A stretch of DNA of 64,000 bases from an uncultured delta proteobacterium (GTDB taxonomy: Bacteria; Myxococcota; Myxococcia; Myxococcales; Myxococcaceae), in contig CAWCKH010000001.1 of assembly GCA_963796055.1 (NCBI GenBank), forward strand, positions 285,642 to 349,641, given 5' to 3'. The notes under the pieces were generated by a model. That model searched no databases. It was given only the letters and a program-made list of their open reading frames with translations, and was not told where the DNA came from. Below are positions 29,494 to 38,121 of this stretch, piece by piece. The position numbers were made by a program, and so were the translations under genes. Position 1 is the stretch's first letter. Each line of letters begins with the position of its first letter.

Positions 29494-30895
29494 CTCGGAA
29501 CCCCCAGCTGGACGGCGGGCTTGTTCCGCGACGCCACCACCACGCCGGCGATGACCAGGACCAAGGCAACGGCTCCCGCGATCAGGTAGTCGACCCCGAG
29601 CACGCCGTTGAGGAAAACTTGAAGGAGCGCCGCGCCGGAGAAGAACATCCAGCGCTGCCGGTAAGCCAGGAGCCTGAGCATGGCGATGGCCGATGCCAGC
29701 CCCAGCGTGATCCAGGCGCACGTCCAGGCGGTGGACCGGGGATCGGGAAGCTTCCCGGGGACGGCTCCCCCCCGATGTCCCACGCCTTCAGGGTGAGATA
29801 GGCCATGAAGATGATCGCGGCGATCGCCAGATCGGTGAACATGGGAGACGGCTGACCCTTCGCCGCGCGGCGATCCAGCCAGGGCACCAGCGCCCAGATC
29901 CCCATCAGTACCGTCACCACCAGCAGCGCCGCCTGCGGTCCTTCCATCCCCGCGAGGTGCGCCGGGAACTCCTTCAGCAGCTGGTAGATCCAGAGGAAGT
30001 ACCACTCCGGCTTGATGCCCGGATAGGCGGGTGCGAGCGGGTTGGCCTTCTTTCCCAGCTCCCATTCGATCCCGGGGATGCCAGGCCCGTACGGGAGCAG
30101 GTACACCAGCACGCTCAGGAGGATCAGGCACACCAGCCAGAGGAGGAGATCCCTGACAAGAAAGTCGGGGAAGAACTTGAGGCCTGGCCGATCCGGTCGC
30201 TGGTGGTGCATGGCCGGGGCCATTCCCTGGACCTGGATGAAGAGAAGGTGGCCTGACACCACCGCCACGATGACCAGGGGAAGGATGACCACGTGCAGAG
30301 CGAAGAAGCGATAGAGCGTGTTGATGGTGACGTCGGGCCCACCCCGCATCACTTCCAGCAACCACTGACCGATCACCGGCACGCTCTTGACCGAGTCGGT
30401 GCCCACCGCGGTGGCGAAGAAGGACAGCTCGTTCCAGGGGAGCAGGTAGCCGGAGAAGCCGAAGGCCAGGGCGATCCCGAAGAGACCGAAGCCGGTGAGC
30501 CAGGTCAGCTCCCGGGGCTTCCGGTAGGCCTTGAGGATCATCGTGCTGAACATGTGAACCACCAGCGAGATGATCATCAGATGCGCGCTCCAGCAATGGA
30601 TGGAGCGGATCAGCCAGCCGAAGGGCACCCGGGCCGTGATGTAGCGGATCGACTCGTACGAGGTCGCCTCCCCCGCCTGGTAGTACATGAGGAGCAGCAC
30701 GCCCGATGCGACCTGGATGGTGAAGAAGAAGAGCGTCGTCCCGCCCAGGTAGTACCAGACCATCGAGTGGCCACCGACCGGCACCTCCTTGTGGCGGACG
30801 AACTCCACCAGCTTCGCGAGCCCGAAGCGCTCGTCCAGCCATCGGTAGAGGCGCTCGCCCACGGGAAGGGGGGCTTCCGGCTGCGCCCCGATCAT
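29490..30895 (-). CDS. Cytochrome b subunit of a Rieske/cytochrome b complex; frameshift in a G7 run at 29767-29773
   Basis: YYLGG, IRSIHCWSAH...VHMF, RELTW, GYLLPW, RFFALH...GH and KPEWYFL motifs. The hydrophobic C-terminus in the second frame ends in an ATGA overlap. Confidence 0.88.
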
Positions 30896-31350
30896 GCGGT
30901 TCCCATCGTCAGCGTGATCTGGTCCCCTTCCCGGGTGGCGACCCACTTCGCCAGAGGACGGGGCGGCGGCCCGGAGACCACCCGCCCGTTCAGATCGAAC
31001 TTGCCGTTGTGGCAGGCGCACCAGATGAGCGAGTCGCCGGGGACGAACTGCACGGTGCAGCCCTCGTGGGTGCACTTGGCGTCCAGGGCGTGAAGCTGCC
31101 CACCCGCCTCGAACACGATCACCTTCCGGGTGCCGGACCGGGCAATGACGAAGTGTGACTTGTTGAGGGTGGAAACCTCCTCCGCGCTCAGCTTCAAGGG
31201 GCCACCGGCCCCCACGTCATTCAGCGGGCGCAGGTAGCGCAGCGCCGGATAAAGGACGCTGACCGCCCAGCCCAGGACTCCGGCGCCGAGAAGCCAGTTC
31301 AGGAGGTTGCGCCGTGCCGGCTTCGCGCTCTGAGCGACAGGGGCTGTCAT
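30892..31350 (-). CDS. Rieske 2Fe-2S protein with Tat-like signal/anchor
   Basis: RRNLL; CTHEGC and CACHNG; GPPPRPL. Confidence 0.93.
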   Translation of the reverse strand: MTAPVAQSAKPARRNLLNWLLGAGVLGWAVSVLYPALRYLRPLNDVGAGGPLKLSAEEVSTLNKSHFVIARSGTRKVIVFEAGGQLHALDAKCTHEGCTVQFVPGDSLIWCACHNGKFDLNGRVVSGPPPRPLAKWVATREGDQITLTMGTA

Positions 31351-31416
31351 GTCCACCGTCCTGTTCTTCTGGAGTTCGCTGAGCAGCCAGGTTCGTTGGA
31401 AAGGGAAGCGCTGTCA

Positions 31417-31432
31417 CGCACATTCCAGGCCA
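31417..31432 (-). promoter_or_regulatory. Possible sigma54 (-24/-12) promoter for the Rieske operon
   Basis: TGGCCTGGAATGTGCG has GG-N10-GC spacing, about 65 nt upstream of the start. Confidence 0.3.
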
Positions 31433-31659
31433 GGTTGCCTGGTCGAGTGGGCCGGATGATCGAAAGGTCAGCCCGGAGCGTCCACTCACGTTCGACTCGC
31501 GTCGCAACGCGTCGAAGGTCACGCAGGGTGCGTCGATCCCGAGCTGGGAGCTCCCTCGTATCCACGCGATTCCTGCATTCGTGAGGAGAGTGCGTGCAAC
31601 CCTTGCGCTCCGGCTGATGCGCCGCGCCGAGAACGCCTGCGGCACCGGCGAAATCCGAG

Positions 31660-31675
31660 GGGTCCGGTTCTTGCT
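31660..31675 (+). promoter_or_regulatory. Possible sigma54 promoter for the second MtrC-like operon
   Basis: GGGTCCGGTTCTTGCT has GG-N10-GC with a TTGCT -12 element. Confidence 0.3.
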
Positions 31676-31797
31676 CGGGAGGGCGCCGACCCAGTCCGGG
31701 TCGTGTGCCGTACGCCTATGGTCCACCACGACGAAGCTGCTCCGACTGTTCCAGATTTCGCCTCAAGACTTCTACGCCATGACCTCGAGGGGGTCCC

Positions 31798-34700
31798 ATG
31801 AAAGCGCGCGTTTCGTTGGCGGCAGCAGCATTGACCATCGCCGCCCTCGCACTAGGCCCGGGCTGTAAGGGCGACACGGGGCCACAGGGCCCACCTGGAC
31901 CCCCCGGCGATGGAGGGGCCGGAGGGACGACCCTGATCACCATTCCGAGCAACTCGGAGACCCCCACCAGCGAGTCCACCTCGAACTGGGCTTCGCTCGA
32001 GCCCAAGGTGACCGTCGAGAGCGTCACCATCAGCAGCCCGCCGGTGGTGAAGTTCAAGGTGACCAATTCCTCAGGCGTCCCGATCACGGGCCTGGGCAAC
32101 ACCTCGAAGAGCAGCACCGCCAGCGTCGCGGGCCTGACCAACCTCGCCTTCGCCATGGCCAAGCTGGTGCCGAGCGACAACGGTTCCCCCAGCCATTGGG
32201 TCAGCTACATCGTGACGACGGTGCCGAGTCTGACCGCGGACGGCGGCGTCGGGTCAGCTGCACCCACCCGGCCCAGCACCGACAACACCGGAAGCTTGGT
32301 GGACAACGGGGACGGGACCTACACCTATACCTTCTACCGGGACATCCCCAACATCAAAACCCAGGTGGACGCGATGACCTTCACCGACCCCAACAAGAGG
32401 GAGGACCTGGGCGAACTGACCTACGAGTCGAGCAAGGTGCATCGGCTGACCATCGCGCTGTCGGGTAGCGCGCCCGGCACCGGTACCAACACCCCCACCG
32501 GCGTCCAGAACGTCCCCGGCGTGGTGCTGGAGAAGCCGGTGGAGGCCATCTACGACTTCACGCCCTCCACGGGCACGGCCACGCCCTCGGGTCGAGACAT
32601 GGTCACGACCGAGAACTGCAATACCTGTCACCAGGTCCTCGGCGGAATTCCGGGCGACAATCCCGAGGCCTCCGGTGCGGGCTTCCACGGCGGAAATCGC
32701 AACGAGGTCCGCTACTGTGTCGTCTGCCACACCGAGCAGCGCAAGTTCGGGAGGACGGACTCCACCTTCTCGAACTTGACCTTCCCGCTGCAGTCGGATG
32801 GCGGCGTCGCCTCGACGTATCGAGTCTATGACCGTGCGCTCGGCAACCTCCCGAACGAGATCCACCACATTCACGCGGGCCCGCTCCTGGCACTCAAGAC
32901 GTACAACTATGGCGGCGTGAACTTCAACGAGGTGCTCTACCCCCAGGACCTTCGAAATTGCACCAAGTGTCACAACCCTGAGAATCCTGCGACTCCACAA
33001 GCCAACAACTTCAATACAACTCCCAACCGGCTGGCCTGCGGTGGGTGCCACGACGGCATCGACTTCGCGACCGGCAAGGGCGTGACCCTGGAGGACGCTG
33101 CCAAGGGGCTCACCTCTTCCGACAAGGGCGGGGGCCTTGCCCACGTCGCTGGGCAGCTGCCCGACGACTCGCTGTGCGCGTCGTGCCACGGTCCGGGCGG
33201 CCCCTTCGACGCCGACCTCGTCCACCGGCCGGTGACACCGCCCAATGACGACAACGCGCTCGTGGCACACCCGGACGGCGGCGCGGGGAACAACCAGACG
33301 AATGCGGCCTCGATCGCCTCCAACCCGGCTCGGCTGCCAGCCGGGGCGATCGCCGTCAGCTACGACCTCAAGAGCATCTCGCTGACCGGGAGCAACAGAA
33401 ACCCGGTGGTGGTGTTCCGGCTGCTGCAGAACGGCGCCCGGAAGGACCTGAACGACGCCGGCACCTCGACAGAAATCTGGGACAACTTCATGGGGTCGCC
33501 GAGCTTCCAGTTCGTCTACGCGGTGCCGCAGGACGGGATCGACACTCCTTCCGATTTCAACGTGGCCCCCAGCGCGTATTTGAGGACGGTCTGGGCCGGC
33601 AAGGGTGGAACGCTGAGCGGTCCCGACACCAATGGCTACTACACCGCTACGCTCACCGGGATCAGCATTCCCCCGAACGCGGTCATGCTCACCGGCGGGA
33701 TCGGGTATTCGTACGGCCTCACCAGCACGCTGCCGCTGACACAGACCAACCTCGACACGTATCCGGTCTCACCCCCGACCGCGCTGAATACTGACGGCGG
33801 CGTGCTGGGCTGCACCAATCCCCCGAACTCGCAAACACCGAAGTGCGCGATGGGCGGCTTGATCGTCATTGCCCCCAGCGTCCAGAAGGTCGCGACCGGA
33901 TTCACTGGCCGGCGGGCAATCGTCGAGGACAAGCGCTGCAACGCCTGCCACCAGGAGCTCGGCACGTTCACCGAGGATGCGTTCCATGCCGGACAGCGGA
34001 ACGACGGGACGACCTGCTCGTGGTGCCACACGCCGAACAGGGCGAGCAGCGGGTGGTCGGCGGACTCCGTCTACTTCGTCCACGCCATTCACGCGGGTGC
34101 AAAGCGAACAACGGAATTCACCTGGCACGCCGAGAGTCCGACCTCGTCGTTCAAGGAGGTCGCGTACCCCGGCATCCTGAACTTCTGCGAGGGCTGCCAC
34201 ATCCCCGGCGCGTACAACTTCGCCAACTCCGACTCGGAGGCCCAGCAGCCGTTCCGGCTGTACCGGACGGTCGCGGCCGGCTCCTTCAGCGGCACGGCGG
34301 GCGATACGTACACCACCTACTCGGGCCCGACCTGCGCCACTGCGACCCAGTCGTCGCCCGCGACCGAGGTGAGCGTGCAATCGCTCGCTCCATACTTCCA
34401 GGCCACCGCGAATATGACGTCCGTGCCCAGCTATGGCATCAACCCCACCAGCTTCTACAATACCGGCTCCACGGACTCGAAGCCGTGTGCGCCAGATGTT
34501 CCAGGCAACTTGGTCACGATTCCGAGCGGTGGAACCATCCAGAAAAATCCCGATGGTACGCCAAATGCCGCTGGTACGGCTTCCATGGCTCAGAATCTCG
34601 TGAACTCCCCTGTCGCAGGGGTGTGCTTCGCGTGCCACGACTCGTCGGCCGACATGGCACACTTCGACCTCAACGGCGGTTCGATCTACAAGAAGCGCGG

Positions 34701-34806
34701 CACTGCTGATGGAGCGGTACCTGGGGCGCTGACCCAGGCCGAGACCTGTCTGATCTGCCACGGCCCCGGGAAGATCGCGGACATCGCGGAAGTGCACTCG
34801 CACTAG
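31798..34806 (+). CDS. OmcA/MtrC-family decaheme lipoprotein (1002 aa)
   Basis: Lipobox GPGC, GPP linker, 'LVDNGDGTYTYTF', 10 CxxCH in 5+5 layout, 'FHGG.R', 'RRAIVEDKRCNACH', 'ETCLICHGPG'. Confidence 0.92.
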   Translation: MKARVSLAAAALTIAALALGPGCKGDTGPQGPPGPPGDGGAGGTTLITIPSNSETPTSESTSNWASLEPKVTVESVTISSPPVVKFKVTNSSGVPITGLGNTSKSSTASVAGLTNLAFAMAKLVPSDNGSPSHWVSYIVTTVPSLTADGGVGSAAPTRPSTDNTGSLVDNGDGTYTYTFYRDIPNIKTQVDAMTFTDPNKREDLGELTYESSKVHRLTIALSGSAPGTGTNTPTGVQNVPGVVLEKPVEAIYDFTPSTGTATPSGRDMVTTENCNTCHQVLGGIPGDNPEASGAGFHGGNRNEVRYCVVCHTEQRKFGRTDSTFSNLTFPLQSDGGVASTYRVYDRALGNLPNEIHHIHAGPLLALKTYNYGGVNFNEVLYPQDLRNCTKCHNPENPATPQANNFNTTPNRLACGGCHDGIDFATGKGVTLEDAAKGLTSSDKGGGLAHVAGQLPDDSLCASCHGPGGPFDADLVHRPVTPPNDDNALVAHPDGGAGNNQTNAASIASNPARLPAGAIAVSYDLKSISLTGSNRNPVVVFRLLQNGARKDLNDAGTSTEIWDNFMGSPSFQFVYAVPQDGIDTPSDFNVAPSAYLRTVWAGKGGTLSGPDTNGYYTATLTGISIPPNAVMLTGGIGYSYGLTSTLPLTQTNLDTYPVSPPTALNTDGGVLGCTNPPNSQTPKCAMGGLIVIAPSVQKVATGFTGRRAIVEDKRCNACHQELGTFTEDAFHAGQRNDGTTCSWCHTPNRASSGWSADSVYFVHAIHAGAKRTTEFTWHAESPTSSFKEVAYPGILNFCEGCHIPGAYNFANSDSEAQQPFRLYRTVAAGSFSGTAGDTYTTYSGPTCATATQSSPATEVSVQSLAPYFQATANMTSVPSYGINPTSFYNTGSTDSKPCAPDVPGNLVTIPSGGTIQKNPDGTPNAAGTASMAQNLVNSPVAGVCFACHDSSADMAHFDLNGGSIYKKRGTADGAVPGALTQAETCLICHGPGKIADIAEVHSH

Positions 34807-34978
34807 GAACGCATCCCATCACCCGATGCAGGGGATGGAGATGCGGGAGTCGGGCGGAGGCCGAGGGAGCTCTCGGTCTCCGCCTCGTCGCAAGAGAGGA
34901 TGGCGGGGGCGCATCAGCCAGGTGCAGAGCCACAGCTCGACCCCGGCGTACCCCTTGCAGCGCGCTTCGAGGGGCACC

Positions 34979-36637
34979 ATGGAGACCCGCCTGCGAGCAC
35001 TCGAGGAGCAGGTGACCCGGCTGACCGGACGGGTCGAGCAGCTCGAGGAGAAGCTTGCGGCGCTCCCTCCGCCCGCACCGGCCTGGCCGGAGGGCGAACC
35101 TCAGCTCCACCTCCCCCCTGCCGGCGCCGAGGCGACCCGCTGGGTGACGCTCGTTGGTCGGAGCTGCATCGTGCTCGGCGGCGCCTTCTTGATCCGCGCT
35201 CTCACCGAGGGCGGAACGTTGTCCGGCGGCGTCGGTGTCGCCCTGGGACTGGCCTTCGCCGCCACCTGGGTCTTCTTTGCTCACCGCGCTGGGGCGAAGG
35301 GCGCAACGTCGAGCGCAGGGTTCCACGGGGTCACCGCCGCACTCATCGCCTACCCCTTGATCCTGGAGGCGACCACGCGGATGGGGGCGATGTCGAGCCT
35401 CGCTGCGGCCCTGGCGCTCGTCGCCTTCACCGGCCTGCTCCTGGTCGTGTCCTGGCGGGACCACCTCGGCTGGCTCGCCTGGATCGGCGTCCTGTCCTGC
35501 GTGCTCACGACCCTGGCTCTGCTGAGGGTGACCGGTGCCGGAGCGGAATTCACCGCAGTGCTCCTCGTCGTGGCGGCGGCGACCTTCTGGCTCGGCGAGC
35601 GTCCGCGGTGGGGAGGCCTCCGGTGGCTGCCGGCAGTGGTTCTCGATCTGGTCGTCCTACGCGCGGTGGTCACGTCCACGCCACCGCTCCTCGTCTACTC
35701 GGTCGCGCTCGCCGGCGCGTCCCTGGCCCTGGTGCTTTCCCGGACGGCAGGCCCCGGGCGGCCGGTGGGTGCGTTCGAGATCTTCCAGACCGTGGCCGGG
35801 CTCGGCATCGGGCTGGCCGGCGCTCTCCGAGCGTCCGCCGAGGCAGGGCAAGGTTCGGGGGCGGCGGCGGCGGCGGTCCTTGCCGCGTCCCTGCTCGCGG
35901 CCTTCGTCGCGGCAGGGATCGTTCCTCGACGAGGCAACCGCGACCAGGATTTCCTCTTCTACGCGACCCTGTCTCTCGGTCTGCTCTCCACTGCAGTGTC
36001 GCTGCTGACCTCGGGAGAGCTGCGGGGCGTGCTCTGGTCCATCCTCGCGCTCCTCACCGTGCTCCTGGGGCGCCGGAGGCAGCCCGGCTGGTTCTGGTCC
36101 GTCTCGGTGCTCCTCGCCTTTGGCGCGGTGTTCAGCACGGGATTGGGGCGTGGGGTCGACCAGGTGAGCCCGGCCAGCGTCGCGGTCCTCGTCCTGGTGA
36201 TCGTCTCGTACGTCCTGACCGTCCGGCCGCTCCCGGCCGGGGCCGCTCCGTCGACTGTGCCGAGCTGGGCATCGCCTCGCCTGCCCGCAGCGGCGCTGCT
36301 GCTGCTCGCCAGCGCCGAGGCGGCCACCCTGCTCTTGCGAGCGCTTCGCCCCTTCAGCACCGATCCGGCACGCCTCGCCACGGCCACCACGCTGGTGGCG
36401 ATCGCGATCGCGTTCGTCCTTGCACTGCTCCGGCGGCGTATGCCATGCCCCGAGCTCACGTGGATCGCGAACCTCGCGCTGGCTCTCGCGGGAGTCGAGT
36501 TGGTCGTCAGGGGTTTACCGAGTGGGAGGCCACTCTTGCTGCTCGTCTCCTTCGTCCTCTACGGAAGCGCCCTGCTTCTCATCCCACGCCTGGCTCCTCC
36601 CCGTCGTGATCCACTGTCCCCAAGCCGCCCGCACTAA
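34979..36637 (+). CDS. Large polytopic membrane protein (DUF2339-like) with N-terminal coiled coil
   Basis: N-terminal 'RLRALEEQV.RL..RVEQLE' and roughly 16-18 hydrophobic segments. Confidence 0.7.
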   Translation: METRLRALEEQVTRLTGRVEQLEEKLAALPPPAPAWPEGEPQLHLPPAGAEATRWVTLVGRSCIVLGGAFLIRALTEGGTLSGGVGVALGLAFAATWVFFAHRAGAKGATSSAGFHGVTAALIAYPLILEATTRMGAMSSLAAALALVAFTGLLLVVSWRDHLGWLAWIGVLSCVLTTLALLRVTGAGAEFTAVLLVVAAATFWLGERPRWGGLRWLPAVVLDLVVLRAVVTSTPPLLVYSVALAGASLALVLSRTAGPGRPVGAFEIFQTVAGLGIGLAGALRASAEAGQGSGAAAAAVLAASLLAAFVAAGIVPRRGNRDQDFLFYATLSLGLLSTAVSLLTSGELRGVLWSILALLTVLLGRRRQPGWFWSVSVLLAFGAVFSTGLGRGVDQVSPASVAVLVLVIVSYVLTVRPLPAGAAPSTVPSWASPRLPAAALLLLASAEAATLLLRALRPFSTDPARLATATTLVAIAIAFVLALLRRRMPCPELTWIANLALALAGVELVVRGLPSGRPLLLLVSFVLYGSALLLIPRLAPPRRDPLSPSRPH

Positions 36638-36679
36638 CCCGAGTGAAGGCGCCTTGCGCGCCTCGATGGGAAGCTGCTC

Positions 36680-38101
36680 GTGAACTACATTCTCAAAGTT
36701 CTCTCGGCAGTTCGAGATTTTCTGTGGCGAGCGACGGCAAACTGGGTCTCCGCGATCGGAGTGGCTCTCGCCACACTGGCCTCGATCTCGTTTCTGGCGA
36801 TCCTTGCATTTGAGCTCGCTGGCGTCCCGATTGGAAACTATGCCGGGATCGTCAGCTATCTGATCCTCCCGGCGATCTTTCTTGTCGGGCTAGCGCTGAT
36901 CCCGATCGGGCTACGCCTGCAGCGCAAGAAGGAGCAGAAGGCGGGCCAGCCGAGGCGTTTCCCCATCCTTGACTTCAATGACCCCCGCCTGCGCTCCGTC
37001 ATCCTGCTGGTCCTCGTGCTGACCGTGGTGAATCTGATGATCGTCTCCACGGCGACGTTCAAGGGTGTCGAGGTGATGGACTCGACGCACTTCTGCGGGG
37101 GCACCTGTCACACGGTGATGACCCCCGAGTTCACCACGTACCAGAGATCGCCGCACTCGCGAGTCAAGTGTACCGAGTGCCACATCGGCTCGGGAGCCAA
37201 CTGGTTCGTGAAGTCGAAGCTCTCGGGGTCGTGGCAACTGATATCCGTGGCGTTCGACCTCTACCCGCGGCCCATTCCCACCCCGGTGAAGGACCTGCGG
37301 CCGGCCCGCGACACCTGCGAGCAGTGCCACTGGCCCACCAGGTTCGTCGGCGAGCGGCTTCGGTTCTACAACCGTTTCGCCGAAGACGAGAAGCAAACCG
37401 AGAAGAAGACGGTCCTTCTGATGAAGACCGGGGGCGGAGAGACAGGGCGCGCTCACGGCATTCACTCGCACGTCGATCCAGACCTCACCATTCGCTACCG
37501 GTCGGACAAGTCACGGCAGAAGATCTTCGACGTCGAGCTGACCCGGGCCAACGGCAAGCCGGAGGTGTACAAGCTCGACGGCGCGAAGCCTGACGGGGCC
37601 GAGCCGGGGTGGCGGGTGATGGACTGTGTGGATTGTCACAATCGCCCGACCCATGTCTACCAAATGCCCAAGGACGAGCTGGACGCCGTTCTCACATCCG
37701 GCGAGCTGGACAAATCGCTCCCCTTCATCAAACGCGAGGGGCTCAAGGCCATCCAGCAAACCTATACATCACACGCTGATGCCAAAGAGGGCATTCACAA
37801 GGCGCTGACCGAGTTCTACCGGACCAACTTTCCCGATCTACTCGAAAAACACGCGGACCGAATCGATCGCGCTGCCGATACGCTCACCCGGGTATACGCG
37901 CGAAACGTGTTTCCGGAGATGAAGGTCACCTGGGGCACCTACCCTACTTTCCTCCAGCACGAGCCCGGCTGCTTCCGTTGTCACGACAACGAGCACAAGA
38001 ACGAGCAGGGAAAGAAGATCTCCAAGAGCTGCAGCCTCTGCCACGAGGTTCTGGCGGTCGAGGAAGAGAAGCCAGAAATCCTCGAGGTGCTCCACCCGTA
38101 G
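36680..38101 (+). CDS. NapC/NirT-family inner-membrane multiheme cytochrome, ImcH-like
   Basis: 3 N-terminal TMs, 'FCGGTCH.VM.PE', 'SPHSRVKCTECHIG.GA.WFVKSKLSG', 'LRPARDTCEQCHWP', 'MDCVDCHNRPTH', 'FPEMKVTWG'; 5 CxxCH plus 1 CxxxCH. Confidence 0.85.
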   Translation: MNYILKVLSAVRDFLWRATANWVSAIGVALATLASISFLAILAFELAGVPIGNYAGIVSYLILPAIFLVGLALIPIGLRLQRKKEQKAGQPRRFPILDFNDPRLRSVILLVLVLTVVNLMIVSTATFKGVEVMDSTHFCGGTCHTVMTPEFTTYQRSPHSRVKCTECHIGSGANWFVKSKLSGSWQLISVAFDLYPRPIPTPVKDLRPARDTCEQCHWPTRFVGERLRFYNRFAEDEKQTEKKTVLLMKTGGGETGRAHGIHSHVDPDLTIRYRSDKSRQKIFDVELTRANGKPEVYKLDGAKPDGAEPGWRVMDCVDCHNRPTHVYQMPKDELDAVLTSGELDKSLPFIKREGLKAIQQTYTSHADAKEGIHKALTEFYRTNFPDLLEKHADRIDRAADTLTRVYARNVFPEMKVTWGTYPTFLQHEPGCFRCHDNEHKNEQGKKISKSCSLCHEVLAVEEEKPEILEVLHP

Positions 38102-38121
38102 CAGTCTCATCGGAGGGGAAA

